A stretch of DNA of 64,000 nt from the human T2T-CHM13v2.0 reference genome, Homo sapiens (GCF_009914755.1 NC_060936.1); one strand, 5' to 3'; positions 1 through 16,200 are shown, numbered from the stretch's first letter. The notes: a model not told the origin generated them from the letters alone. Program-made: numbers and translations.

Positions 1-16
1 AGATCCATACTTCTAG

Positions 17-539
<523 letters not shown>

Positions 540-879
540 TAGAAAATGTCCTAGATCTTCTCCAAGTCTCCTTCTGGGTCTTTCCAAATCCTTTGCCTTC
601 TTAATAGCAAGGCAGTAAAATGCAATGGGTATAGAGCCCAGGCACTGGGGTTAGAAGGTCCAGTTCCTATTCCAGCTCCTCCACCACTTCCTGGCTGTGT
701 TGCCTAGAGCAAGTTACTTTACCTCTCTGTGCCTCAGTTTCTTTATCTGTAAAATGGGGTTAATAATAGAATTTACCTTCTAGGGAAAATGAGAGATTAA
801 AGGAGATCATCTGGGTAAACCGTTTAGAACAGCACCTGCCACATAGTTAACACTAAATATTGGCTATTATCATTTTTTA

Positions 880-1100
880 GGGTGGAGTCCAACACGCATT
901 TTCTATAATGGGCCACATAGTGAATAGTTCAGGCTTTGCAGGCCATATATCTGCTGAAACTACTCAGTTCTGTTGCTGTGGCATGAAAACGACCATAGAT
1001 AATACATAAATGGAGGGTGCGGTGTGTTCCAATAAAACTTTATTTACAAAACCAGTCAGCAGGTCGAATTCTGCCCGTATGCCATAGTGTGCCAATCTCT
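880..1100. mobile_element. MER58A-like hAT-Charlie MITE
   Basis: Recognisable core: ggctttgcaggcc...gtgttccaataaaactttatttacaaaa...catagtgtgccaatctctg. Confidence 0.75.
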
Positions 1101-1708
1101 GCTTCAGGGCCCATCACAAATAGGAAGTCCTCCTCGATGCCCCAGGAGACAGTGGCTTCTTCCTACAGCTCTGAATATTCTCAGTACCTTAAACTACAAC
1201 AGCAACAGCAAATTGCTACCTGAGTGACATGTGGTTAGCATCATACTCTGCCTTGCGTTTAGGTAGGAAGAGCGTGGGAAGCAGCATTCATGGTAGCTAA
1301 AAGCATGGATATTGTAGTTACCCACCATGTGATTCAGACAGATGATTTCACTCTCTGAGGCTCAGTTTCCCCAACTGTAAAACGCAGATTGCAATAATAC
1401 AATAACACACACCTCTTGGGCTGCTGCAATGCGTCCAAGTGGAACAGTCAATCAATGCTAGATGCATTATTATTTCGCTTTTACAACCTTCCAGCCATTG
1501 TGTTGTTTTGCTGCTGTTGTTGATCATAACAATACTGATAATGATGCTATTTTCTTGCTACACCATAGCTCCTTGATCCTGGAAGCCCTGGTATAGCTAT
1601 CTCTGCACCCCTGCTGCCCCATCTCAGCCCCTAACTCCTGACCCAGACCATGAACAGACACGTGGATGGGCAGCCTGGCTGCATAGCCAGCACTGGGTAT
1701 TTACTTAC

Positions 1709-1833
1709 GACTGGGGAACTCCTCCGATCCCGAAGCCCACCAGGCCCCGGAGCACCAGGATCCAGCTATACACGGGCGCAAATGCACTAAGGATGCCATA
1801 GTACAGAGTCCACAGCACGCTGATCTTCAGCCC
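1709..1833 (-). CDS. SVOP: SVOP coding exon 6 ([42 protein letters not shown], 125 nt)
   Basis: TTCAG|GGG acceptor and TC|GTAAGT donor. Contains the MFS TM4 R-x3-G-x3-G motif. The gene continues beyond the window start. Confidence 0.95.
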
Positions 1834-2853
1834 CTGAAGAGAAGGAAGACACGGAATCACAAGGGCTTTTCAGCACCTCCAGGTAGCGTTTGCACCTCAC
1901 TGAGAGCCGCCGATAATGGGGTCACATTAAAGGGAGCCTACACAACCAAGGGGGTACTGGGTTCCTCTGTATGGGGAGTGCCAACCCACAGGGGTTGGGT
2001 GAGAAAATCATGGGGCATTCTTGGTTGTCCCAATGATTGGCATTGAATGCCAATCTGGGCCAGATATGTCAGATATTCCACAATACAGGAGACAAAATAG
2101 ATTGTCCTGCATCTCATACCATCTCAAATGTTCTGCCCGACCATCATGCAGCTGAAACTCTGTTTCTGATGATCTGCACCTAGACTTTTTGCTCTGTTTC
2201 ACACATTCAAGACTTTTTTTTTTTTTTTTGGCATAGTGTGAATATACACTTAATTTTTCAGGAACGCAACTTTCAGGTAAGTCAAAAGAAAATTTACTTT
2301 GTTTTACCTGGAACTTTACAAAATTGTTCTTTTCAGAAAACCATGCTGTCAATGACAACGCTGTGTGCAGCATTTGAGTCACTGATGGGAAGCTTCAGTG
2401 TCAGCTTTCACTCAGGGTTTATCTATGAATACACTGATCTAAACCTTATTTTAAAAGGTCAAATGTAAAGAAAAACCATCAACAATATTCAGTTAAGTCC
2501 AAACGTATTTACAATCAGGGGCAGATATTGACCCCTTCCTCTTGTCATCTAGACAGAGTTGTAGGTAAACATTTGCATATTAAAAATAAATTTTATTTTA
2601 TTAATGACGTTTTAAATTTCTCCCTCCTAGTTAGCACTTTAGAACTGATTTCTTTCTTTTTCTCATTAACAAGTTTATTTTGGCATCATTATTCTAACAT
2701 CTATTGTACCAGGATAAAACTATATCAAAGTATAACTGTACTGAGTGATATTTTTACTATGAAGAATAAAACATAATATAAAGGCAGTTTCCTGTGCGGG
2801 CAAACTCATTTTGAAGTTATTTTAATGAATGACATACTCTTACATCCTCCTAA

Positions 2854-3210
<357 letters not shown>

Positions 3211-3486
3211 TAGGTTATTTTATCTTTGGAAATTTTTTCTGGATAGTTAAGAAGGCGTTATTCAGTGTTCACTTTTTTAAAGAAATGGAGTGTTGCTATG
3301 TTGCCCACGCTGATCTTGAACTCCTGAGTTCAAGGGATCCTCCTACCTCAGTCTCCTGAGTAGCTGGGATTACAGAGGCACATTTTCCACATTTTTAAAG
3401 TAAAGAGGGCATGTGTTCAATAGGGTCAAGAACCACAGAGGGACACAATGCTTCAAGACAAACATGGGGCCGAGCACGGTGGCTCA

Positions 3487-3802
<316 letters not shown>

Positions 3803-4232
3803 TTAATTACCCTTAGAGATTGGAAAAAAAATTAAGAGTAAACAAATACTATTTTTATATCACAATCAATGCCAAATATGAGAGGGTAAAATGCAAATTT
3901 CACGTGCATTTTCAACCTGCTCTGTGAGGTCTGGTCAGGCCTCTTTCTGCAATACCCTTCCCAGAGCTCCAAGGGTGAGTTCACCTTCCTGTCCCCCAGG
4001 GAACACTTCAGGGGGCAAGTATGAAACATACTGATTTTTTGCTTTAAGATATTAAACTGAATTAAAGGAGATGAGTGAGGAAATTTGGAAGCCTACCAAA
4101 TGATTTCGAGTCTTTTAGAAAATGACTTTATGTGGCAGAGAGAATATTTTAAATAATTTTGCATCACCTCACAAGAAAGTTATTTTTTTCATTTCAGTCT
4201 TCATTTTTATGATTATGTCAAAGAGTCCGTGA

Positions 4233-4398
<166 letters not shown>

Positions 4399-7300
4399 TA
4401 GCTGGTATTACAGGTTTGCACCACCATGGCCAGCTAATTTTTGTACTTTTGGTAGAGTAAGTGTTTTGCCATGTTGACCAGGGTTTCGCCATGTTGCCCA
4501 GGCTGGTCTCGAACTCCTGGACTCAAACAATCCACCCACCTCAGCCTCCTAAAGTGCTAGGATTACAGGCATGAGCCACCACACCCAGCCAACACATTTT
4601 AAAAAATAGCTACTCTCCTCTCTATTTAACACAGAAGGCACTGGGACAACCACAACCACTAAGAATTTAATAACATTGCTTTGTTTGTGTTGCATTTATT
4701 TTTGCAGTCACTTCCTACTTAAGGCAATTGTTATTGATCTTCCAATTAAGACTGTATAGTTTCACTTTCCAAAAATATATTACAATTTTTTTATTAGCCC
4801 CATGTTACAAGTGATCGATTTTTAAAAAGCAATTTGATATAAAGAAAGTTATTCAGGTCCGGGCAAGGTGGCTCATGCCTGTAATCCCAGCACTTTGAGA
4901 GCTCGAGGCAAAAGGATCACTTGAGGCTGGGAGTTTGAGACCAATCTGGGCAACATAGCGAGACCCTTGGTCTACAAAAATTAAATCAAAAAAAAGAAAG
5001 AAAGAAGAAAGATATTAAGTACATAAGATAATAGGTGGCACAGGATTTACTAAAGTCTAGGAAGTGATGATAATAATAAAGCAACATTTTTGCACTCCTA
5101 AATCCATGACTGTAACATCGGTACTGGCCATACAGACATTTAATCCCTTTCTTTTGGCTTAAGCTAACTTAATAGGGACTTTCTTCCTTGGAATCCAAGG
5201 AGTCTTGAATCAAACAGAAGACTTAATTGGCATCAGCGGGAGAAAAGAAGGCACCGAGACAAGTGCATGGGAGTTAACCCTCCTTCAAGGTCTGCTGGGA
5301 GCCGTATTATCTGTCCTGTTTGATCACAACAGGTTGCAGCTGGCTCTGCATTTGTCTGTTGATGCCAGGGCTTTCCAGCTGCCCCAAAATGAGGGCTCAG
5401 CAACCCTGTGTAAGGCCTGTCATGGATATTACAAAAGCAGGGGGTACTGCCAGCAAGCCCCACCCAATAGCTTGTTTGGGACTCCGCAGACATGTCTCAC
5501 GGGCCTTTGGGCTTTTCATTAACTATGACTGTCATTCCGTCTAATATCTGTTCTGCCCTCTATAGATTGATAGCTCCTTCCTTCCTTCTTTCCTCCTTCC
5601 CTCTCTCCCTTCTTTTTACATTTATTGAGCATCCCCTTTATATAAGGCTCCAGGGTAGATGCATAGACATTATGCATTCATTAATTTGCTCATTCAATAA
5701 GCATGTATTGAGCACCTGCTGTATACCAGACACTGACATATTTTCTTCACCCATTCATTCATTTATTCAATAAACACATGTTGAACACATGCTGTGTAGC
5801 CAGCATTAAAGATACTGATATATATTATTCATCCATTCATGCATAAAATATGCATATATTGAACACCTGCTGTTTGCTAGGCCCTGGGCTACCGTAAGGA
5901 ACATGACAGCCAGAGTCTCTGACTTCATGGAACTTTCATTTGCATTTCATTAACCACTGTCACAACATTACACTGGGTCCTCACAGCAGCCCTGTGAACA
6001 AAGGTTGTTATTTTCATGTCTACTTTACAAATTAGCATAGCAAGGGCCCAAGTAGTTGAGCAATTTGCTGAAGATCCGTAAGTGGTGCCAAAGTTGGAGC
6101 CAGAACTTCCAACCTTGAATGAGCCACTCCCTTCCTCTAGAGCCTTTGATGGCTCCCTGTGACCTCTGACAGAAAACATAAATGCACAATGCACATGTAA
6201 CACAGCAAGGATGGGGGCCTGGTGGAATTACAGGGAACTTTCCCTGTCGTGTCAGCCTCTGTTCAACTCTAGCCAAAAGATACCATGACAAAATGTGGGT
6301 TCCAGGCCTCCAGATTACCTGATTTTCCAAAAAACACATAACTTTATTTTTATGCAAGATGTCATTTTTGAAATGGAGGCAACTGATTCAAAATCCTATA
6401 AAACATTGTGCAGGATAAATAAAACACATCAGGGGGCCATATTTGGCCTATGGGTTACCAGTTTGCAACTTGTAGCCTAGAAAGCCTGGTGCTCGTGGGC
6501 CAAATGTGGCCTGTGGTATTCTCTAACACGTTCAACCGAAGGACAATATTTACAGGTCGAGGAGGCCCAAGGATCATCAGAGGGAGTCCGAGCGCCTGCC
6601 AGGCACCTTCACTTCCTTCTTAAAGATAAGATAGACCTAATAGCTTTTGAACTAGATAGTGACCGCTCCATACCATATTCTAAGTGTATTATACACTTTT
6701 TCCCTCTCTCCCTTCCTTCCTTCCTTCTTTCCTTCTTTCCTCCCTCCCTCCATTCCCTCCCCCCACTTCCCTCCCTCCCTTCCTTCCTTTCCTTTCCTTC
6801 TTTAGAGATGACATCTTGCTCTGTCACCCAGGCTGGAGTGCAGTGGCTCAGTCACAGCTCACTGCATCCTTGAATTCCTGGGCTCAAGCGATCCTCTCAC
6901 TTCAGCCCCCAAGTAGCCTGGACCACAGTCACATGCCATCATGCCTGGCTACATTTTCTTATTTAATCCCCCCATTAAAGTGCCTATTATGGAGTCTATT
7001 TTGCAGATGGGGAAACTGAAGCTCAGAGAGGTGAAGCATCTTGCCCAAGCTCACCTCAGTCAACAGGGGTGCACTGTGATATAAACCTGGATGCGTTTAT
7101 CTCCATGTCTTCAAGACCACACACCTACAGTTTCCTTCACGTTTCCATGGCTGCCACAAACTCCCAGGTGGTAGAAACTTCTGTAGGAACCAAAGTGGCT
7201 CACTGAGTCCTAACCCCGTATGTGAATGCCCCACAATATCATGCGGTGAACGCCCCGGCAGGAATCTTATAGCTGGGCCAGGGCAGATCAAGGAGGTTCT

Positions 7301-8066
7301 CGGTGGTTGCCAAGGCTTGCCAGCTGCCTGGCTTGCACAGTGTTCCTGGGGGAATTTTGGGGAAGCTTTATAATTAGAGTCTGATCTGTCCTTCCTGAGG
7401 TTGGGCCAGAATTCCATGCTGGGGAGGAGGAAGCTCTGCAATCTGGGGACACTTTCTCTTTCCCTCTGGTCAGGCCGGTTTCATGTTGGGTATGGAATTT
7501 ATCAAGCTGTTTGGAAGAACTGGCGGGACACCATATGGGCAGCCTTCCTGGGCTTCATCTATTTGGGATGAATGAATGTTCAACTAATCAACTAAATTCT
7601 GAGGGATAATTCAGTTATGTCTCCCAGCGGCCAAGGTCAGGGTTAAGGATGTGGACCCTGGAGCCAGGTGTGCCTGTATTTCAATGCTGGCATTGCCATT
7701 TACGGACACCACAAGCTTGGCAGTGGTATAATAATAGACATTTATGTCATTTTCTCTGTGCCAAGAGTTTTATGTACAAGGGCCATTTACTCCTCATAAC
7801 AGCACCATGGGAGAGACTATTATTATCCCACCTACAGATGAGAAAACTGAGACACAGAGAAGTTGAATAGCTTGTCTTTAATTAGAGGAGCTGGGATTTG
7901 AACCCAAGCAGTCTGGCCTCAAAACCCATGCTTTTCACAATGACACTGCATTATTTCACTTGTCCAAATGAGCTTCTTAGGTAAATATTGAAATGAGGGC
8001 TGAGGCCAGGCATGGTGGCTCACACCTATAATCCCAGCACTTTGGGAGGCCGATGTGGGCAGATCA

Positions 8067-8285
<219 letters not shown>

Positions 8286-8419
8286 TTAAAAAAAAAGGAA
8301 AAAAAGAAAGAAAGAAAGAAATGAGGGCTGAGCAGGCCCAGGAGATGAAGAAAGAACATGAAGAGCGGATGCCACATCACTGCAACTTGGCGATATTGTT
8401 TGCACATGTTTTCTAGAGC

Positions 8420-8630
8420 CTGGTTTCTCAACCTCAGCACCGCCAACATCTTGGACTGGGTCATTCTTTGTGGTGGGGGCTGTCCCATGCACTGTGGGCT
8501 ATGAAGCAGAATCCTTGGCCCCTATGCACTGGATGCCAGTAGCACACCCCTCCCCCAACGTGTGACAATCAAAAATGTCTCTAGACATTGCCAAGTGCCC
8601 CTAGCCCTGAACTGAGAACTACTATTTTGG
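8420..8630. mobile_element. MER20 DNA transposon
   Basis: tggtttctcaacctcagcac...gtgacaatcaaaaatgtctctagacattgcca...tgagaactact. Confidence 0.75.
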
Positions 8631-9496
8631 AAGGTGCCAAAATATGGTTACAATCTTCAAGATTCAGTAAATGGCATTTCTGAAAACCCCTCTGTAAATC
8701 TCTTTAAAATCTCCTCTGAGGCCCTTCACAAACATGAAGATGTCTATATGGGAACGCCAAGTGAATTACTGCCCCTAGTGGCAGAGTAAATATACTCTTC
8801 CAAGGGAAGTTGGGATCCTACATGAATGACCATTGTGCATTGTGGACTTTCCAGGTCAACAAAGAACACTCATCAGGCAGTTGCTGCTCTGGAGAGGATA
8901 AGGCAGTTGCTGCTCTAGAGAGGATAAGAAAGTAGCAGAGAGTGGAAACAAGGAGGTCTGGTTCTCATCCACCACAGCTCAGTCACTCAAGAAGTATTTA
9001 TTGAGTGTGCACTCTCAACCAGGGAGGTCAGGCTCTGGGGCCAACTCAGTGAACAAAACAAATGCAGCCCCTTTCCTCACGGAGTTTACTAAATTCCCTC
9101 CACACTCTTCAGTCTTGTGCCTGTGGCAGACAACACTAGTCAATCACAGCACTATCCCACTGAGCCTTCTGACTCCTCAAATCCATGTTTCTGGCATCCT
9201 CTAATAAATGATTAGAACAGACACAGAGACAAAACCCACCTGCCCTTTCATTTTGGGGATTCAATGAATGGTAGCTATGAATATCTGTGTTTTCTAATTC
9301 AGCCTCCTCTGATATAAATAAGGAAATTTCAGCCCTAGATGGGGAGTGGCTTGCTTTAGCCATGCAGTGTCAGATTCAAGCCCAAAGTTAAGGTATTTTT
9401 ACTCATTTTCTGTTATATTCCTCACTGCCTTATGATTCAGCAATTGGATAGCAGAATTTGGGGTTCAGCAAATTTCCTCATTATGGATTCCTGAAG

Positions 9497-9523
9497 TGTG
9501 TGTGTGTGTGTGTGCATGTTTGT

Positions 9524-9561
<38 letters not shown>
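9497..9561. repeat. Interrupted (TG)n microsatellite
   Basis: Two TG runs separated by catgtttgtcttt. Confidence 0.9.
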
Positions 9562-9565
<4 letters not shown>

Positions 9566-10009
9566 TGCATGTTTGTCTCAGGAACAAATAAATGAATTTT
9601 TTTTTCCAGACAGAGTCTCGCTCTGTTGCCCAGGCTGGAGTGTAGTGGCATGATCTCGGCTCACTGCAGCCTCCCCATCCTGGGTTCAAGCAATTCTCCT
9701 GCCTCAGCCTCCTGAGTACCTGGCACTACAGGTGCATGCCACTGGGCCTGGCTAAGTTTTGTAGTTTTTGTAGAGATGGGGTTTCGCCATGTTGCCTAGG
9801 CTGGTCTCTAACTCCTGAGCTCAGGTGATCTGTCCTCCCAAAGTGCTGGGATTACAGGCATGAGCCACCACTCCTGGCCTCCTTTGATTATTTTAAAGGC
9901 TTAAAGATTAACATTGGATTCAGCCTCAGACAGCCACAGCTTTACAGTTCTTTTAACGGCTGCTCAGCTCCATCAAAACAAAAATGACTCTGTTTTATTT
10001 TCAGAGGTG

Positions 10010-10555
10010 TTTTTTCTTCTCTCCTTCCTTCCCTCCTCCTTCCCTCCCTCCTTTCTTCCTTTTTTCTTCCTTCTCCCCCTTCCTCACTCTCTCTCCCTAC
10101 CTCCTTCCTTTCTTCCTCCCCCCTCCCTTCCTACCTCGCTCTCTTTCTCCTTTCTTCTTTCCCCCTTTCCTTTTCTTTCTTTTTTTTTTTCTGAGACAAA
10201 TTTTCACTCTTGTTGCCCAGGCTGGAGTGCAATGGCACGATCTCGGCTCCTGAGTAGCTTACAGGCATGCGCCACCATGCCTGGCTAATTTTGTATTTTC
10301 AGTAGAGATGGGGTTTCACCATGTTGGTCAGGCTGGTCTCGAACTTCTGACCTCAGGTCATCCTCCCACCTCGGCCTCCCAAAGTGCTGGGATTACAGGC
10401 ATGAGCCACCGCGCTCATGCCCTCTTTAGTTCCTTCCTTTTTTTCTTCCTTCCCTCCCTCTGTCCCTTCTCCCTCCCTCCCTTCTTCTTTACTTCCCTCC
10501 TCCTTTTTTTTCCTTCCTTCCTTCCTCCTTCCTTCCTTCCTTCCTCTCTCCTGTC
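10010..10555. repeat. Polypyrimidine (CT-rich) tracts flanking an internally deleted Alu
   Basis: TTCC/CTCC-rich runs at 10010-10190 and 10420-10555. Similar tracts at 6695-6803 and, on the purine strand, 26040-26200. Confidence 0.85.
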
Positions 10556-11950
10556 CTTAAACTCTTGTTCATTCTTCCAAACAGAAAATCACCATGCCAT
10601 CACTCATATGCTCCAGAAACAGGAAGTGGGTGGGAGAGCAGATGGGGGCAGAATCTAAGGAGCTGCCACTGAAGACCAGAGTAATTCCTTCTTGGGTTAA
10701 CAGGGGGGTAATAACCAGCTTTTACTTCCTTTGGGAGCCCCAGAGAGGCCTTTCCAACTGCCATCTCCAGCCCCATCACCGGCCAAGACCCCGAGGCCCA
10801 TCATGGCTGCATTTAGTTTCCAGCCTGCTGCCTCTGGAGTTACATTCTTGGCAATTATATTGATCACCATTTCTTGGCAGTTATATTGATCACCATCTTC
10901 CAGGTGTCTGCTGGCCCAAGTTTCCTGCGCAATAGCAGTGAGAGGGGATGCAGCTGGAGTCTGCATCCTCTATGGCATTGCTGGAACGTTCATTCATTCA
11001 TTGAGCCATCACCTGCTTCTGGAGCACCTACTGATTCAAGCCACGGGCATCACAGTGAAGACAGAGCTCTAGACTTAGAATGAGCAAGACCTGACTCTGT
11101 GATGCACAAACCATGTGGTCCTGGGTAAGTTGCCCACTCTCCGTGCCTCAGTTTCCTCTTCTATCAAGTTAGAGTGATAATAGCACCTACTTCAATGGTT
11201 ATTATGGAGATTAGATGAGCTAACGCATGAACCATACTTTGCATCATGCCTGCTATACAACGCACTATTTTATTTTCAGCCCATGATTTGCTAGTTGTAG
11301 TGGAGATTGCCTGTTACCTACCCAGCATCCAGATCTCACTTCTTCCTTCCTAACAGAATTCTAGGTTTGTTGAGGTAGCCCATTCCCAGCTCCAGTAGTA
11401 GGTTATTCTTGTCTAAGCCAATCGTTTTCAAAGTATGGTCCCAAGCATTGACATTGCATGGGGTCTTGTCAGAAATGCTACACTCGGAATTTCAGTTTAC
11501 ATGTGTCCTGTGCCTAGCATGTGCCTGGCATTGTACAAAGAGATTCACACAGTGGCTCACATCTGTAATCCCAGCACTTTGGGAGGCTGAGGTGGGAGGA
11601 CTGCTTGAGGCCAGGAGTTTGAGACCAGCCTGGGCAACATAGTGAGACCCTGTCTGTCTACAAAAAATAAAAAAACAATTAGCTGGGCATGGTGGCACAA
11701 GTCTTGTCCCAGCTACTTGGGAGGCTCAGGTGGGAGGATTGCTTGAGCCCAGAAGGTCAAGGCTGCAGTTAGCTATGATTGCACCTTTGCACTCCAGCCT
11801 GGGCAACAGAGCAAGACCTTGTCTCAAAAAAACAAAAGAAACAGTGATTTACACCTCAATTAACCCTAATTCATCTCTATTAACCCTCCAATACAGGTTC
11901 TGTTATTTTTTTCTTTATACGTATTAGGAAATTGATAATCAAAGAGGTCA

Positions 11951-12256
<306 letters not shown>

Positions 12257-13209
12257 TCAGTTTGCTTGCCCAAGATCACACAGCCAGTAGTGGCAAAATT
12301 GACACTGAACCTGGGTCCACCTGATTTCAAGGCCCTGAGCTGTAAGTTCCCTCTTCCTTCTTGTTTGCAAATCCATTTCATATCGTGTCTGGGCTCTCCC
12401 AAAAGCTGGCTCTAAGATAAGGATCCTAGTAAAGATAGTTTATTTGAGCAGTGATTCCAGTAGGGGAGTGGAGAAGTGAGACAGGGAAGGGAAGGAAGGT
12501 AATTCAGGGTGTCTTCATGAACAGGCTCCCACAGCAGACACTGGAGCTCAGTCCTGCTGGGATTGAGAAATGGCTTTCTGGGTGCAGTGGCTCATGTCTG
12601 TAATCCCAGCGCTGTGGGAAGGCCAAGGCAGGAGGATCGCTTGAGGCCAGGAATTTGAGACCAGCCTGGGCAATATGGTGAAATCCCATTTCTACAAAAA
12701 ATACAAAAATGAGCTGGGTGTATTGGCGCACGCTTGTAGTCCCAGCTGCTTGGAGGGCTAAGGTGGGAGGATTGCTTGAGCCTGGGAGGTTGAGGCTACT
12801 GTGAGCTGAGACTGTGCCACTGCACTCCAGGAAGACCCTGTCTCAAACAAAAAGAAAAACAAAAAACCCAAAATTTGAGAAATGGCTCTCTTTAGGGCAA
12901 GAGAATCAATGGCTTTATCTAGTATCCCTTGACTGCCCCAGCCAGGGGTAATGAGGAAATGGTTCTGGTCCAGGGGATATGAATAGGCATTGATTGTCTA
13001 GATTCTGAAATGTATATGCGTGGGCCCCACTAGGAATCTGTGCTTTGAAGAGAGTCCACAGCAGCCTTACAGCAATGTCTTCTCACTGTACTTCAACATC
13101 ATCCTTATTAGGCCTCCCAACTGCTAATGCAGAACGGGTTTGCTACTTGTCCAGACCATCACCAAGACAACCCAGAGGACATGCGTTTAGAAGAGTAAGT
13201 TTGCCTTAC

Positions 13210-13281
13210 TGTTTTCCTGCCGTACTGGTCTGAGATATTTCCCCAGAGCGTGGAGCTGGACATCATGCCTACAAAGACCAC
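13210..13281 (-). CDS. SVOP: SVOP coding exon 5 ([24 protein letters not shown], 72 nt)
   Basis: Translated by hand (too short for the ORF track). CACAG|GTG acceptor and ACA|GTAAGG donor. Contains MFS motif A (G-x3-D-x2-GRK). Confidence 0.95.
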
Positions 13282-16200
13282 CTGTGGGGGGAAAGACAGT
13301 TGTCATTAGACAGAGGATGTGGATCATTGCACAGAAAGGGAACAACAAACGGAAGTGGTGACGTCACCCTCTAGGTAACAGCAATGATCTAACATTCACT
13401 GAGAGCCTGCCAAGGGGCAAACACTAAGTGCTTCCTGCAAGCTTCCCAACAATCCCATGGGGAGGGTGCTATTATTATTCCCATTTTACAGATGAGGGAA
13501 CTGAGACTCAGAGAGAGAGGCAATTGCAGGACCAGCGTCACAGAGGCGTTAAGTGGCGCAGCCTGCACTGGTATCAGGCATTCTGGCTCCAGAACTAGCT
13601 TTTGACAAGTTTCACACCATCCCAAAGAAACACTTGCCCTGCTGCTGAGAAAATACCAAGGGCTGCCAGGTAGAGGTTGGCATACAGGAGGCTGGCATGG
13701 GAGCTGTAAACTACTAGTAAGAGAAACCACTCATTGTGTGGGAGGCCAAGTCATTGTTACATTGTTAATCCTTGGAGTAACAGCTGGTGAGATTTGAATG
13801 ATCCTACTCATATGACAGAATGGGGAGCTGAGGCTCAGATAGGTTAGAAACCTGCTCCGCCTCCCTGAAAGGAGAGAGTAGAGGCAAGTCTTAAGCCCAA
13901 GCAGGCTGACTGGCACCTCATCACCATGCTCTTCCCTCTCCAAGTGCCAGACACCATGCTGAAGCCTTTATGCACACATCTTACTGCATCCTCACAGTAG
14001 CCCTACTTGGTGGGTGCTTATATTCTCCCCATTTCACAGATAAAGCAACTGAGGGCCAGAGAGGGGAGGGCACAGATTCAGTTTGGTCTGACCCAAAAAG
14101 CATTTCTTGTGGCATGTCCGAGGGCAGGGAGTGGGGATGGTACACAGAAGCGTTCCAAGGGAGAAGCAGACACAGTTTATGTATGTATAGTTTATTTATT
14201 TGTTTGTTTGTTTGTTTAGACAGGATCTTGCTCTGTCACCCAGGCTGGAGTGCAGTGGTATGGTCATGGTTCACTGCAGCCTCAGCCTCCTGGGCTCAAG
14301 TGATCCTCTCACCTCAGCCTCCTGAGTAGGGGAGACTACAGGTGTGCACCACCATGCCTAGCTAATTTTATTTATTTATTTATTTAGTAGAGACAAGATC
14401 TCACTTCGTTGTCCAGGTTGGTCTCTAACTCCTTGCTTCAAGGGATCCTTCCACATCAGCCTCCCACAGTGCTGGGATTACAGGCATGAGCCACCACACC
14501 TGGCCCGAATGGATCATTTTAAGGGAATTCATTTCCAAGTTTTCAACTTCCCTACAGACTCTTTCTCAAGAACGAGTTAGGGGTCTTCTTCTCCATTTCC
14601 TGCCTGACTCCCTCTTTCTCAGCCACGCCTCTCTAGGCCAGTCTGACCAAGGCATTGCTTTTCAATGTAAACCCTTGAGGGTGCCTCAGAAGGGGCACTG
14701 ATGATGCACTTACAGATGACTTTTGCAAGTCATCTGGTTTCCAATACCTTTATTATTACTTTCAACAGAATTGAAAAACAGTCTAATCAAGCTGTCGGCA
14801 AGTTAGGTCATGGAACATAATTTTTCAGAAATGAAAGCTGTGTGCTCTTTGGCACACGCAATTTGGAGAGCGTTTTTAAAAATCAAGTGGCATTAGTTTA
14901 TTGAGTTCTAACGAAACTCCTTCAGTTCCTCAAAACTTTTTTTTATGTGAACAAAGCTTTTCATATATATAGTCATTCAGGAAAAGTGACAAGTAGGAAC
15001 AGACCTGGGGCTGAACCCTGTCTCACTTTAGCAATAATCATTCAGGAATACATAAAATATTTGGGAAACATTCCACACCACTCATTAAGGGATACATTTC
15101 CAATAAAACCTTGCTTATGATTAACAATTATTTATCAAAATTATATGTTGTTGTTGTGGTCTATTGTGTACTACTAAAAATTATAATGATAAGTCAGTGC
15201 AGGAGAAAAATTTTAGTGCTTAGAGCCTTCTCATCTCAGAGAATTAAAACTAATAATTTAGAATGTATGTATTCTGTCACAGAGAATTATAATAGGGTAA
15301 TGAATGTGATCCTTTCAAGCAAAATAATATTACATTAGGCCAGCCTGGGCAACGTGGTGAAACTCTGTCTCTACTAAAAGTAAAAAAATTAGCTGGGCAT
15401 GGTGGCGTGTGTCTTTGGTCCCAGCTGCTCAGGAGGCTGGGGTGGGAGGATGGCTTGAACTTAGAAGGCGAAGGTTGCAGTGAGACAAAATCACGCCACT
15501 ATACTCCAGCCTGGGCAACACAGAGAGACCCTATTTCAAAAAAAAAAATACATTAAGGTAAAATTATATGGAGAAATGAATGGAAATACCAGTTCCAAGA
15601 AAAAAGCAATGCAAAATTTCCAAATTCCTCTAAAGAGCTTGTTCATGTAACTTTAAAACAAATGATGGTAGATATCAGGTAAGTATTTCCATTTTTCCAT
15701 TTTACTAGACACATTTTAAAAAGTGATATGATAATTTTATTTTGATTTTTATATTTCACTACACTGGCAATGGCATCATCTGCAACCTACAATTTTAAAA
15801 CTTTCATGTCAATGTAAAAACATGTGACAGTCCTGGATTCTACATGGTTTTTATTTAATTCTTTTCTAGATTAACCTTGAAAAAAGATGTTTGAAGATTA
15901 CTGTCTTGGGATAAAGTGTTGCCTTTGTTATGTGCTAAGTGATATTCTTACATCCTCAAAGAGTTAAATATCCCTCAAAACACCCATTTTCCCCAAAAGG
16001 AGAGATTCTGGCACAGCAAAGCACTGCTTCTATATCATAATAATTACGGTAATCTTGCACAGTATTTCCTGCAGCAAAAATGTGCATCTGTAATATCCTC
16101 CTTGGGTACTTTATGTCTCCAACTCCTGCAGGACTCTGACTTTTCCTTAGAAAATTTACCCATGAGACTTAATGGCTCTACCTAGCCCACAAGTCTAAAC

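Noticed and set aside
1869-1890. RE1-like TTCAGCACC near exon 6
   Set aside because: Only the left half-site is present, with no acceptable right half at a canonical or spaced position.
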